Shown: positions 1 through 8,970 of the stretch, piece by piece
How the letters are laid out: each line of letters begins with the position of its first letter
Position numbering within the stretch: position 1 is the first letter of the stretch
Assembly (NCBI GenBank): GCA_965279525.1
Contig: CBDIIB010000002.1
Coordinates: 96,001 to 160,000, forward strand
Source of the DNA: Tagaea sp.
GTDB taxonomy: Bacteria > Pseudomonadota > Alphaproteobacteria > CACIAM-22H2
Reading direction: 5' to 3'
DNA length: 64,000 bases
The notes under the pieces: model-generated
What the model was told of the DNA's origin: nothing
What the model saw: the letters and a program-made list of their open reading frames with translations, nothing else
The model's database searches: none
Translations under genes and position numbers: made by a program

Positions 1-490
1 CGGCCCCGCACACCGTGCTCGTGCATTTGAGCACGTGGCCGGCGGCTTCCGGGGCTGTCGGCGCGCCGCACACGCCGCAATGCCGGTGGCGCGCATGCCA
101 CCAGGCGAGCCCGCGCGCATAGGCGAGCAGCCCGCCCTCGTCGCGCGGCAGGAAGGCGCCGATGCTGCGCAGGTCGACGAAGCTGGTGGCCGGGTCATCG
201 ACATGGCGGGGCAGGTCGGCTTCTTCGAGGGCGCTCACGTCGAGTGCGAAATAGGGCGTGCCGTCGAGATCGCCAAGGTAGATGCGCGGGCCATCGAGAT
301 GGGCAAGCCGGCCGGTTTCGAGGAACCGGGCTCCCGGCGTGTCTCCCGCCCGGACCAGATTGCGCGTGCGCCAGACCACGACAAGGCGTGCCGCCGGGTG
401 GGCAAGGCGTTCGGAAACGAAGTCCGCGTCGCGGCGGCGTTCGGATCGCCGGTCGACCGGCAGGCGGGCGTAGAAGTTGGGCTTTTCCAT
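1..490 (-). CDS. nudC: NAD(H) pyrophosphatase / NAD-cap decapping Nudix enzyme NudC (partial, runs off window start)
   Basis: Not in the ORF track. Manual minus-strand translation from ATG at 490 gives MEKPNFYARLPVDR...LLAYARGLAWWHARHRHCGVCGAPT...GHVLKC, i.e. the NudC N-terminal domain plus zinc ribbon. Confidence 0.85.
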   Translation of the reverse strand, partial: MEKPNFYARLPVDRRSERRRDADFVSERLAHPAARLVVVWRTRNLVRAGDTPGARFLETGRLAHLDGPRIYLGDLDGTPYFALDVSALEEADLPRHVDDPATSFVDLRSIGAFLPRDEGGLLAYARGLAWWHARHRHCGVCGAPTAPEAAGHVLKCTSTVCGA

Positions 491-553
491 GTCGGCGTCA
501 GGATATACCGGAGTGCGGCGCGCCCGTCGTGCACTTCGTGGCGGGCGGAACCG

Positions 554-2290
554 TCATGGCGCGTTCCCGATCCGGTTCAGGTCGATCTCGGCGAGCGACT
601 GTGTTCGCTCGCGGTCGATGCGCGCGGCGATCGCCTCGGCGGTGCCGCCGGCGATCTCGAGCGTGCGTGCCGCGATCTGCAGGCTGGCTTCCAGCGTCTC
701 GGGAATCGCCGACGCGGCCCCGGCCGCGCGCAGGCGTCCGGCGTGGACGGCATCGCGCGCGCGGGCAAGCACGGGCAGGTCCGGCCAGTCGCGCCTTGCG
801 GCGGCGATCGCGCGTTCGGCGGCGGCCGGGGAATCGAGCGTGACGACAAGGGCGAGCGCTTCGCCGGCACCGAGCCTGGCGAGGGCTTCGGCATTGATCG
901 CGTCGCCGAAATGGACGGGCATTCCTTCGGCGCGCGCGCGTGTGACCGCCTGCGCGTCGGCGTCGAGTGCCACGTACGGCACGTTCTCGGCGTCGAGGAT
1001 GCTGGCAAGCTGCCGGCCAACGCGTCCGAAGCCCAGGATCACGACGTGGCGTTCGCGCGGGCCGCCGCCGTCCGCACCCGGCGCTTCGGCCGGTGCCCTT
1101 GCCGCGATCCGGCCGCCCAGGCGGGCGAGAAGCGGGACCGCGAGCATGGACAACCCGACGACCAGCAGCATGAACTGCGCGGTCGCACCGGGCAGCAGGC
1201 CGGCGGCAAGCGCCATGCCGACGACGAGGAACGCGAACTCGCCGCCATGGCCGAGCAGGAGCCCCATCTGCGCGGCGGCGTGCGAGGTGAATCCGAAGCC
1301 GCGCGCCAGGGCGAAGACGATGGTGCCCTTGACCGCCAGCAGGCCGGCTGCCGACGCGAGGATCCAGGCCGCATTGCCGGCGATGGCGCCGGCATCGATG
1401 TCGAGGCCGACGGACAGGAAGAACAGCGCCAGCAGCAGTCCCTTGAATGGTTCGAGCAGGATCTCGATCTCGTGCCGGTACTCGCTTTCGGCGAGCATGG
1501 CGCCGGCAAGAAAGGCTCCCAGCGCCATCGACAGACCAGCCGCCCCCGTCACCGCCGCCGTGCCGACGACGACGAGCAGGCACACGCCCATGAACAGCTC
1601 CGGGCGCCGTGCGATGGCCGCTTCGCGCAGTAGCGGGCGCATCGCATAGCGCCCGGCCACGAGGATCGCCGCGACCGCGGCTGCCGCCTTCAGGAAGGCG
1701 ATGGCGAGTGCGCCACCCGTATCCGATCCGTCGTCTGTGGCGATGCCGAGCGCGAACAGGATCGGCACGACCGCGAGGTCCTGGAACAGCAGGACCGCGA
1801 ACGCGCCGCGCCCCATGCGCGTCCCGGTCTCCCGCCGTTCGGCCAGGACCTGAAGCACGATGGCGGTCGAGGACAGGCTGAGGCACGCCCCCAGTAGCAG
1901 GGCCGCCGGGGCCGGGTTCCCGAACGCGTATGCGAACGCGCCGATGGCAGCCGTGGAGATCGCCACCTGCGCGGCACCCAGCCCGAAGACCAGACGGCGC
2001 AGCGCCATCAGGCGTTCGGGCGACAGTTCGAGGCCGATCATGAAAAGGAGAAAGACGACACCCAGTTCGGCAAGTGCGGAGACCGCCGCGGTGTCGCCGA
2101 CCACGAGCCAGCCCAGCGCCGAGCCGGGCGGTGCGATCTGCGCCAGCCCGTGCGGCCCCAGCGCCATGCCGGCCAGCAGGTAGCCGAGGATCGGACTGAA
2201 GCGCAGGCGCGCGGCGACCGGCTGCACGACCGCGACGACGCCCAGAAAAACGAGCGCCGGCTGCACCCAGTCAGAGGTTCCTTCGACCAT
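554..2290 (-). CDS. Kef-type monovalent cation:proton antiporter (CPA2) with C-terminal TrkA-N/KTN domain
   Basis: Many TM segments; ELGVVFLLFMIGLELS, LLFQDLAVVP, LEPFKGLLL and GFGRVG motifs typical of KefB/KefC. Confidence 0.9.
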   Translation of the reverse strand: MVEGTSDWVQPALVFLGVVAVVQPVAARLRFSPILGYLLAGMALGPHGLAQIAPPGSALGWLVVGDTAAVSALAELGVVFLLFMIGLELSPERLMALRRLVFGLGAAQVAISTAAIGAFAYAFGNPAPAALLLGACLSLSSTAIVLQVLAERRETGTRMGRGAFAVLLFQDLAVVPILFALGIATDDGSDTGGALAIAFLKAAAAVAAILVAGRYAMRPLLREAAIARRPELFMGVCLLVVVGTAAVTGAAGLSMALGAFLAGAMLAESEYRHEIEILLEPFKGLLLALFFLSVGLDIDAGAIAGNAAWILASAAGLLAVKGTIVFALARGFGFTSHAAAQMGLLLGHGGEFAFLVVGMALAAGLLPGATAQFMLLVVGLSMLAVPLLARLGGRIAARAPAEAPGADGGGPRERHVVILGFGRVGRQLASILDAENVPYVALDADAQAVTRARAEGMPVHFGDAINAEALARLGAGEALALVVTLDSPAAAERAIAAARRDWPDLPVLARARDAVHAGRLRAAGAASAIPETLEASLQIAARTLEIAGGTAEAIAARIDRERTQSLAEIDLNRIGNAP

Positions 2291-2405
2291 CCCGAATCTA
2301 GCCCTTTCCCTCTGGAATCACTGTGCGTTCGGGCTGCCCGAAACGCAATCTCCGTCGCCGGCCTTGAGGCTGGCGGCGGGGCCGGCGAACGGCTATATAC
2401 GGGGC

Positions 2406-2502
2406 GGGAGGTTGGCGGCGGACGAGCGCCTCGCCAACCCGGTCAGGTCCGGAAGGAAGCAGCCGTAACGAGTCTCCGCCCGGGTCGACGTCCAGCCTCC
2501 CA
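2406..2502 (+). ncRNA. ffs: Signal recognition particle 4.5S RNA
   Basis: Conserved helix-8 core GGTCAGGTCCGGAAGGAAGCAGCC; ends pair (GGGAGGTTGG...CCAGCCTCCC); lies directly upstream of dnaX as is usual. Confidence 0.95.
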
Positions 2503-2535
2503 CCCTTTTCCCGTCCCTTCCGACCAAGCGTGCGA

Positions 2536-4314
2536 ATGGCCGATTCCGAGACCGTCCCCTACCAGGTCCTGGCTCGGAAATACCGGCCCGCGCGCCTGTC
2601 CGACCTTGTCGGACAGGAAGCCCTGGTCCGCACGCTCGCCAGCGCCATCGAGACCGGCCGCATCGCGCACGCGTTCATGCTGACCGGCGTGCGCGGCGTC
2701 GGCAAGACGACGACCGCGCGCATCGTGGCCCGCGCGCTCAACTGCATCGGTACGGATGGCAAGGGCGGCCCGACGATCGACCCGTGCGGCGTGTGCGAGC
2801 ATTGCGTGGCCATCGCCGAGGACAAGCATCTCGACGTGATCGAGATCGACGCCGCCTCCAACAACGGCGTCGACGACGTGCGCGAACTGATCGAGGCGGT
2901 GCGCTACCGCCCGGTCTCGGCGCGCTACAAGATCTACATCGTGGACGAAGTCCACATGCTGACCAAGAACGCGTGGAACGCGCTGCTGAAGACGCTGGAA
3001 GAGCCGCCCGCGCACGCCAAGTTCCTGTTCGCGACGACCGAGATCCGCAAGGTGCCGGTCACGGTGCTGTCGCGCTGCCAGCGCTTCGACCTGCGCCGTT
3101 TCGACCAGCCCACGCTCGCCCGCCATCTTGCCGGCATCGCGGTCAAGGAGAAGCGCAGCATCTCGGCCAGCGCCGCCGCCCTGCTGGCGCGCGCGGCCGA
3201 TGGCTCCGCGCGCGACGGCCTGTCGCTGCTCGACCGCGCGCTTGCGGCCGTCGAAGGCGAGGTCGACGAAGCGCAGGTGCAGGCCCTGCTCGGTCTCGTC
3301 GACCGCGCGCAGGTCTTCGACCTGTTCGAGGAAATACTGAAGGGCGACGCGGCCGCCGCACTCGCGCGCGTGGCCGAGCTTTACGCGAATGGGGCCGAGC
3401 CCAAGGTCGTCGTCGAGGACCTGCTCGAGGTCACCAACCTGCTCACGCGCCTGAAAGTGGCTCCGACGCTGATCGACGAGGCGGGCCTGCCGGAAACCGA
3501 GCGCGTGCGCGGACGCGCGATGGCCGAGAAACTCGCCATCCCCGTGCTCGCGCGTACCTGGCAGATCCTGCTGAAGGGTCTGGGCGAGGTGCAGCACGCC
3601 CCGCAGCCGCTCGCCGCCCTTGAAATGCTGATCGTGCGGCTTGCGTATGCTGCGAACCTGCCGGCCCCCGGCGATCTGGTCGAGAAGCTGACGCGTGCCG
3701 AAGGCCCGGGGACAGGCGCGCCGCGTGGCGGCAATGGCGGCGGGGGTGGACCTCGCGCCATCGCCGGCGGTCTTGCGGCAACGGCGATGGCGCCATCGCC
3801 GGTCGCGGCCGTGGCCCAGGCCGGCCCGGTGCCGCAGAGCTATGCCGAACTGGTCGCCCTCGTGCAGGAAAAGCGCGAAGGGCTGCTCTACGGCCAGCTC
3901 TACAGTTCCGCGCGTCTGGTCGCCTACGAGCCGGGCCGCATCGAGATCGCCTATCCCAACGCACCCAAGAACCTGACGCTGCCCACCGAGCTTGCCGAGA
4001 AGCTGCGCGCCTGGACCGGGCGCGTGTGGCTGATCACGCTCAGCAGCGACAAGCCGGGCGCCCCGACGCTTGCCGAACAGGCGCTGGAAACGCGCGAAGC
4101 GCGCAAGCGGGCCGCCGCCGAACATCCGCTCGTCGCCGCCGTGCTGTCCGCCTTCCCGGGTGCGACGATCGAGGCTGTGCGCGGCGCCGACCAGCCGGCC
4201 GTCGCCGGCCCCGAATTCGTGTCGCCGCCGGTCGAAGCAGGCGACGATGCGGCGGGCGACGGCGAGGACACCTGGATCGTTCCCGACAGTTTCGAACCGG
4301 AGTACGAGGCATGA
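2536..4314 (+). CDS. dnaX: DNA polymerase III subunit gamma/tau
   Basis: YQVLARKYRP, Walker A GVRGVGKTT, zinc-binding Cys cluster, DEVHML, SRCQRF. Confidence 0.97.
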   Translation: MADSETVPYQVLARKYRPARLSDLVGQEALVRTLASAIETGRIAHAFMLTGVRGVGKTTTARIVARALNCIGTDGKGGPTIDPCGVCEHCVAIAEDKHLDVIEIDAASNNGVDDVRELIEAVRYRPVSARYKIYIVDEVHMLTKNAWNALLKTLEEPPAHAKFLFATTEIRKVPVTVLSRCQRFDLRRFDQPTLARHLAGIAVKEKRSISASAAALLARAADGSARDGLSLLDRALAAVEGEVDEAQVQALLGLVDRAQVFDLFEEILKGDAAAALARVAELYANGAEPKVVVEDLLEVTNLLTRLKVAPTLIDEAGLPETERVRGRAMAEKLAIPVLARTWQILLKGLGEVQHAPQPLAALEMLIVRLAYAANLPAPGDLVEKLTRAEGPGTGAPRGGNGGGGGPRAIAGGLAATAMAPSPVAAVAQAGPVPQSYAELVALVQEKREGLLYGQLYSSARLVAYEPGRIEIAYPNAPKNLTLPTELAEKLRAWTGRVWLITLSSDKPGAPTLAEQALETREARKRAAAEHPLVAAVLSAFPGATIEAVRGADQPAVAGPEFVSPPVEAGDDAAGDGEDTWIVPDSFEPEYEA

Positions 4315-4634
4315 AGAATCTCGGCGCGCTGATGAAGCAGGCGCAGCAGATGCAGTCCAAGATGGCCGAGATGCAGGAAAAGCTCGCGGCCATGGAAGTG
4401 ACCGGGCGCGCGGGCGGCGGTATGGTCGAGACGACGATGTCGGGCAAGGGCGAGGTCAAGCGCATCAAGATCGACAAGACGCTCGTCAGTCCCGACGAAG
4501 TCGAGGTGCTGGAGGACCTGCTGGTCGCGGCCTTGAACGACGCGCGCGCCAAGGTCGACGCGGAATCGGCCGAGCAGATGAAGGCGATGACCGGCGGGCT
4601 CAACCTGCCGCCGGGCATGAAGCTGCCGTTCTGA
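4311..4634 (+). CDS. ybaB: Nucleoid-associated protein YbaB/EbfC
   Basis: [15 protein letters not shown]...[12 protein letters not shown]...PPGMKLPF; ATGA overlap with dnaX. Confidence 0.95.
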   Translation: MKNLGALMKQAQQMQSKMAEMQEKLAAMEVTGRAGGGMVETTMSGKGEVKRIKIDKTLVSPDEVEVLEDLLVAALNDARAKVDAESAEQMKAMTGGLNLPPGMKLPF

Positions 4635-4638
4635 CGCG

Positions 4639-5232
4639 ATGAACGGTCCGGAAATCGAGCAGCTCGTCAAGCTGCTGGCGAAACTGCCGGGGCTGGGGCC
4701 GCGCTCGGCGCGGCGTGCCGCCCTGCAGCTCCTGAAAAAGAAGGACCAGCTGCTGCGCCCGCTCGCCGAGGCGTTGACCAACGCGGCCGAGAACGTCGTG
4801 TCGTGCCATGTGTGCGGCAATCTCGACACGACCGACCCGTGCGCGGTGTGCGCCGACACAAGGCGCGACCACGGTCTCGTGTGCGTGGTCGAGGAGGTCG
4901 CCGACCTGTGGGCGATCGAACGCACCGCCGGCTTCAAGGGCGTCTATCATGTCGTCGGCGGCACGCTGTCGGCCCTCGACGGGCGCGGGCCCCAGGACCT
5001 CAACTTCGCAAGCCTCGTCCAACGCTGTGCGGGCAACCAGGTGCGCGAAGTGGTGCTCGCACTCAACGCCACGGTCGAGGGCCAGACGACCTCGCATTAC
5101 ATCGCCGACCGGCTCAAGGAATCGCCCGTCCAGGTCACGCGGCTCGCGCACGGCGTGCCGGTGGGCGGCGAACTCGATTATCTCGACGACGGCACGCTGG
5201 TCGCGGCCCTCAAGGCCCGCCGCGCGGTCTAG
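4639..5232 (+). CDS. recR: Recombination mediator RecR
   Basis: [11 protein letters not shown] HhH, C4 zinc finger, Toprim [21 protein letters not shown]. Confidence 0.97.
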   Translation: MNGPEIEQLVKLLAKLPGLGPRSARRAALQLLKKKDQLLRPLAEALTNAAENVVSCHVCGNLDTTDPCAVCADTRRDHGLVCVVEEVADLWAIERTAGFKGVYHVVGGTLSALDGRGPQDLNFASLVQRCAGNQVREVVLALNATVEGQTTSHYIADRLKESPVQVTRLAHGVPVGGELDYLDDGTLVAALKARRAV

Positions 5233-5264
5233 CGGCGACTCGGGGCTTCGGAGTAGCTTCGGAC

Positions 5265-6644
5265 ATGGACATTCTTCTCCCCTTGGTTGCCGGACTCCTG
5301 CTCGGGGCCGCCGCCATCTTCTTCCTGCGCCGCGGTCCCGCCGATGCCGGTGCGGCCGAGGCGATCTACAAGGAAAAGCTCGTCGCCGCGTCCGCCGTCG
5401 AGGCCGACCTGCGCCAGCGCCTCGATGCCGCCACGCGGGCCCTCGGCTCGGCCGAAGGGGAACTCAAGCGCCTGTCGCCGCTGGTCGACGACCTCGCGCG
5501 CGTGCAGGGCGATTTCTCCGCTATGCGGGCCGAAAACGCGCGTCTGGCAGCCGAGCTCGAGGCCGAACGCGCGCAGTCGGCCGACAAGCTCAAGCTGCTG
5601 ACCGAGGCGCGCGCCCAGCTCTCCGACCATTTCAAGGCGCTGACGGCCGATGCACTTGCCGCTGAGCGCGAGCGTCTGAAGGAAGAGCAGACGATCCGCG
5701 AGACCGCGATCAAGGGCCTTGTCTCGCCGTTGACCGAGACGCTGGCGAAGTTCGACAAGCGCGTCGAGGAGATGGGCAAGGACCGCGCGGAGAAGGACGG
5801 CGCGTTCGTCAAGCAGATCGGCGACCTGGGCCGCGAGACGCGTGCCCTCGTCCACGCGCTGAAGACGCCGCATGTGAAGGGTCGCTGGGGCGAGCGCACG
5901 CTGCGCCGCACGGTCGAGCTCGCCGGCATGGTCGAGTACTGCGATTTCGTCGAGCAGGCGACGGCCGAAGGCGAGAAGCGCCTGCGCCCCGATCTCGTCG
6001 TGCGCATGCCGGCCGGCCGCGTCGTCGTGGTCGACGCGAAAGCACCCACGCTCGCGTTTCTCGCGGCCGTCGAAGCCGGCGACGAGGAAAGCCGCCTGCG
6101 CCATCTCGCCGACCATGCGCGCCAGGTGCGCGAGCATTTCCAGCGTCTGTCGCAGAAGGCCTACTGGGAGCAGTTCTCCGACGCGCCCGAGTTCGTCGTG
6201 ATGTTCGTGCCGGGCGAGTCGTTCTTCTCGGCGGCCGTGCAGGCTGATTCGAGCCTGCTCGACGATGCTGCCAACGACCGCGTGCTGATCGCCACGCCGA
6301 CGACGCTGGTGTCGCTGCTGTGGGCGGTCGAGCGCGGCTGGCGGCAGGAGAAGCTTGCCGAGAACGCGCGCGCGATTTCCGATCAGGGGCGCGAGCTTTT
6401 CAAGCGCATGACCGACATGGCCGGGCACTTCGCCAATGTCGGCGACGGGCTCAAGAAGGCGGTCGATTCCTACAACCGTTCGGTCGGCTCGCTCGAATCG
6501 CGCGTCTTCCCGGCGGCGCGCAAGCTCAAGGAGCTGGGAGCGGGTCCCGAGGACGCGGAGTTCCGCGAGATACCGACGGTCGAGAGTGCCGTGAAGCCGA
6601 TCACCAAGCCCGAGCTGCTCGGGCCCGGCGACATCAAGCACTGA
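5265..6644 (+). CDS. rmuC: DNA recombination protein RmuC
   Basis: N-terminal TM helix, long coiled coil, GRWGERTL, RPDLVV, VDAKAP, MFVPGE, IATPTTL. Confidence 0.92.
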   Translation: MDILLPLVAGLLLGAAAIFFLRRGPADAGAAEAIYKEKLVAASAVEADLRQRLDAATRALGSAEGELKRLSPLVDDLARVQGDFSAMRAENARLAAELEAERAQSADKLKLLTEARAQLSDHFKALTADALAAERERLKEEQTIRETAIKGLVSPLTETLAKFDKRVEEMGKDRAEKDGAFVKQIGDLGRETRALVHALKTPHVKGRWGERTLRRTVELAGMVEYCDFVEQATAEGEKRLRPDLVVRMPAGRVVVVDAKAPTLAFLAAVEAGDEESRLRHLADHARQVREHFQRLSQKAYWEQFSDAPEFVVMFVPGESFFSAAVQADSSLLDDAANDRVLIATPTTLVSLLWAVERGWRQEKLAENARAISDQGRELFKRMTDMAGHFANVGDGLKKAVDSYNRSVGSLESRVFPAARKLKELGAGPEDAEFREIPTVESAVKPITKPELLGPGDIKH

Positions 6645-6653
6645 GCGCCGCGC

Positions 6654-7238
6654 TCAGGAATCCTGCCAGCGGATCTCGAGGATGTTCCGGCGTCCGAAAT
6701 GGGCCGCCCGGCCGTGCCACGCGTTCGGGCGGCAGCGGAAGGCCGCGAGCGTGCCGGCGACCGGCAGGATTTCGGCGACGAAATCGTCGAGGGAGTCCGG
6801 CCCGCGCGTGAACCGCACGCAGGAGTCGCTGTCGGACTCGGTGCCCGACGAGACGTTCGGATAGAAGAGGACCTTCGCGATGTTCGGCGGTGCCTCGACA
6901 TGGATCGGACCGGGACCCCGGCAGCGGTCGTAGAGCTTGATGACCCGCCTTTTGCCAGCCAGATCGACCCCGAGCTTGGTCGCGACCGCATCCCGGAACT
7001 CCTCGGACTCGAAAGATTCGAGGACGGTGCGCATCACCTGGTTGAGCGGTATGGACTCGACGGGGACTCCGCCGGACCTGCCGAGGTCCGGCCAGTTGCT
7101 CGCGATCCATTCGACGGTCCTGCCAGGCGCGAACTTCGGAACGATGACGAACTCGAACGGCTCGCGGACGAGCGGCGCAAAGCCGATCGCCTGCATATCA
7201 AGTGGTATCAGAGACTGTTTCGTCTGGACTTCTTCCAT
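6654..7238 (-). CDS. Divergent 2OG-Fe(II) oxygenase-like protein, paralogue of the adjacent gene
   Basis: Co-linear with 7316..7966 (REPF, EFR.AV..KL..DL.G, DRCR, VLFY, RGP..L.D, FRC..NAWHG), but HxD is replaced by HVE. Confidence 0.7.
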   Translation of the reverse strand: MEEVQTKQSLIPLDMQAIGFAPLVREPFEFVIVPKFAPGRTVEWIASNWPDLGRSGGVPVESIPLNQVMRTVLESFESEEFRDAVATKLGVDLAGKRRVIKLYDRCRGPGPIHVEAPPNIAKVLFYPNVSSGTESDSDSCVRFTRGPDSLDDFVAEILPVAGTLAAFRCRPNAWHGRAAHFGRRNILEIRWQDS

Positions 7239-7297
7239 GCGCGCGAAATAGCACGCGCAAGATTTCTCTTCAATGACGAGTACAACTATACAATAGT

Positions 7298-7303
7298 ATT
7301 ATA
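7298..7303 (-). promoter_or_regulatory. Putative sigma70 -10 box (TATAAT) in an AT-rich spacer upstream of 6654..7238
   Basis: Perfect TATAAT on the minus strand within a strikingly AT-rich 77-bp intergenic gap in an otherwise very GC-rich window. Confidence 0.45.
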
Positions 7304-7315
7304 GAATACGATCGT

Positions 7316-7966
7316 TCAGCCGAATGGATTGAGCTTCTTCAGGAACGCCGACACTTTGTGCCGACCTTCTTCGCGCTGCTTCGTGGCCTCGTCGACCATC
7401 CAGTTCAACTGCAGCACGTGGCGCGGGCCTTCATACGAATGGTGTCCGTGCCAGGCGTTGCGCGTGCAGCGGAACATCAGCATCGTGCCGTCGACCGGCG
7501 GGATCTCGGTAATGTAGTCCTCGAGATTGCCGGGTCCGCGCAGGATGCGCAGCTTGCCGCCGTCGTCCTGCCAGCCGCCGGTGCGCTTGTTGAGGTAGAA
7601 AAGCACCGTGACGACTTTGGTGACGGAATCGGTGTGGATCTGCCCGTCACGCGCGCGGCAGCGGTCGCGGAACGTGATCATCGTCGGGCGGCCGGAAAGA
7701 TCGATCTCGAGCTTCGCCTCGACCGCCTTGCGGAACTCGGCACCCTCGAGCGTCTCGACGAGCGCGCGCGTCGCAGGCCCGAGCTTCACCGACGAAACCG
7801 GAAAGGCACCGGGCTTGCCGATCTGCGGCCAGTCGCGGTCGATCCGGTCGACCGTGCCGGCCGGGACGAAATGCGGCACGACGGCGTAGGGGAACGGCTC
7901 GCGCGCGAGCGGTGTGCGCGCAAGGGCGGCATAGTCGAACGGGAGCGTGGCGATCGTGTCGGTCAT
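7316..7966 (-). CDS. 2OG-Fe(II) oxygenase (prolyl-4-hydroxylase-like fold)
   Basis: IHTD (HxD), VTVLFYLN, DGGKL, distal AWHGH and 2OG-binding Arg (PRHVLQLNW). Confidence 0.85.
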   Translation of the reverse strand: MTDTIATLPFDYAALARTPLAREPFPYAVVPHFVPAGTVDRIDRDWPQIGKPGAFPVSSVKLGPATRALVETLEGAEFRKAVEAKLEIDLSGRPTMITFRDRCRARDGQIHTDSVTKVVTVLFYLNKRTGGWQDDGGKLRILRGPGNLEDYITEIPPVDGTMLMFRCTRNAWHGHHSYEGPRHVLQLNWMVDEATKQREEGRHKVSAFLKKLNPFG

Positions 7967-7998
7967 GGCGGATTTCCGATTAGCAGGCCCGGCCCCGG

Positions 7999-8835
7999 TC
8001 AGTCGAGCCTGAAGCCGATCTTCCGGACATATGCGCCGAAGTCGGCCCGTTCGGGCGTGGCGTATTGTCGCGCCTTCTCCTCCGACCAGCCATAGGAAGG
8101 TGCCGTGCCGAAGCGCGCCGAATCGCGCTGCTTGGCGAAGGGCCGCGTACGGTTGCGCCGTTCGTCGTAGGCGGCGATGGCGGCGTCCAGATCGCCCTCG
8201 TCGTAGCGGTTCTCGTGCACGCGCAAGGCCGTGGGCAGACGCGGCGAAATGCCGCCGGGATGCGCGGGCCAGCCCACGCACAGGCCGGCCACCGGAAACA
8301 CCCGGTCCGGCAGGCCGAGCAGGGCCGACACGTCGGCGGCCCGGTTGCGGATCGCGGAGATCGGGCAGGTGCCAAGCCCCGCCGCCTCCGCCGCGGTCAC
8401 GAACGCCGACAGTGCGATGCCTGCATCGACCGCGGCGTTGAAGAACGCGTCGAGATGGTCGTTGGCGAATTCGTGGCCGCGCAGTTCGTGCACGCGCATC
8501 TGCCGGCGGTTGTTGGCGCAGAAGACGAGGAAGACGGGGGCCGCCTTCACCCAAGGATTCTCGCCGCACCATTCGTCGATCTTCGCGCGCACGCCCGCGT
8601 CCGAAACGACCACGATGTCGGCCTGCTGCAGGTCACTCTTGGTCGGGGCGGAGAGGGCGACCGCACAAAGCGTGCGGACGAGTTCGCGCGGCACGTCGCG
8701 CGGCGCATAGGCGCGCATCGTGCGGTGGTCGGCCATGCGGGCGAGCGTGTCGAGCCCGGCGGTGTCGGGTGCTTCGAACGTCTCGCCGAAGCGTTCGGCG
8801 AGGGCGGCGGCGAGTCTGGCTTTCGGATCGGTCAT
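7999..8835 (-). CDS. NfsA/FRP-family flavin reductase / nitroreductase
   Basis: HRTMRAY, SAPTKSDLQ, DAGIA, AEAAGLGTCPISAIRN, PRLP..LRVHENRY. Confidence 0.88.
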   Translation of the reverse strand: MTDPKARLAAALAERFGETFEAPDTAGLDTLARMADHRTMRAYAPRDVPRELVRTLCAVALSAPTKSDLQQADIVVVSDAGVRAKIDEWCGENPWVKAAPVFLVFCANNRRQMRVHELRGHEFANDHLDAFFNAAVDAGIALSAFVTAAEAAGLGTCPISAIRNRAADVSALLGLPDRVFPVAGLCVGWPAHPGGISPRLPTALRVHENRYDEGDLDAAIAAYDERRNRTRPFAKQRDSARFGTAPSYGWSEEKARQYATPERADFGAYVRKIGFRLD

Positions 8836-8865
8836 GGAACGAGAATAGCATCGATTTTCGAAATC

Positions 8866-8887
8866 CAGATATCTGATCTTAATCAGA
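8866..8887. promoter_or_regulatory. Overlapping inverted repeats (CAGATATCTG and TCTGAT-N4-ATCAGA) in a divergent promoter region
   Basis: Perfect dyads seen directly in an AT-rich gap between divergent genes; geometry resembles CRP/FNR-family boxes. Confidence 0.5.
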
Positions 8888-8970
8888 AGCTTAAGACGGT
8901 TTTTCTGGTTTTGTTGCAAATAGGTGTGCGGCAGGTTTCACTCGCCCCGCCGCCGAAAAGGACCCCGCCG

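Noticed and set aside
2536-4314. Programmed -1 frameshift producing the gamma subunit of dnaX
   Set aside because: I saw no A AAA AAG slippery heptamer or long A-run; the nearest (GGAAAAG near 3867) does not match.
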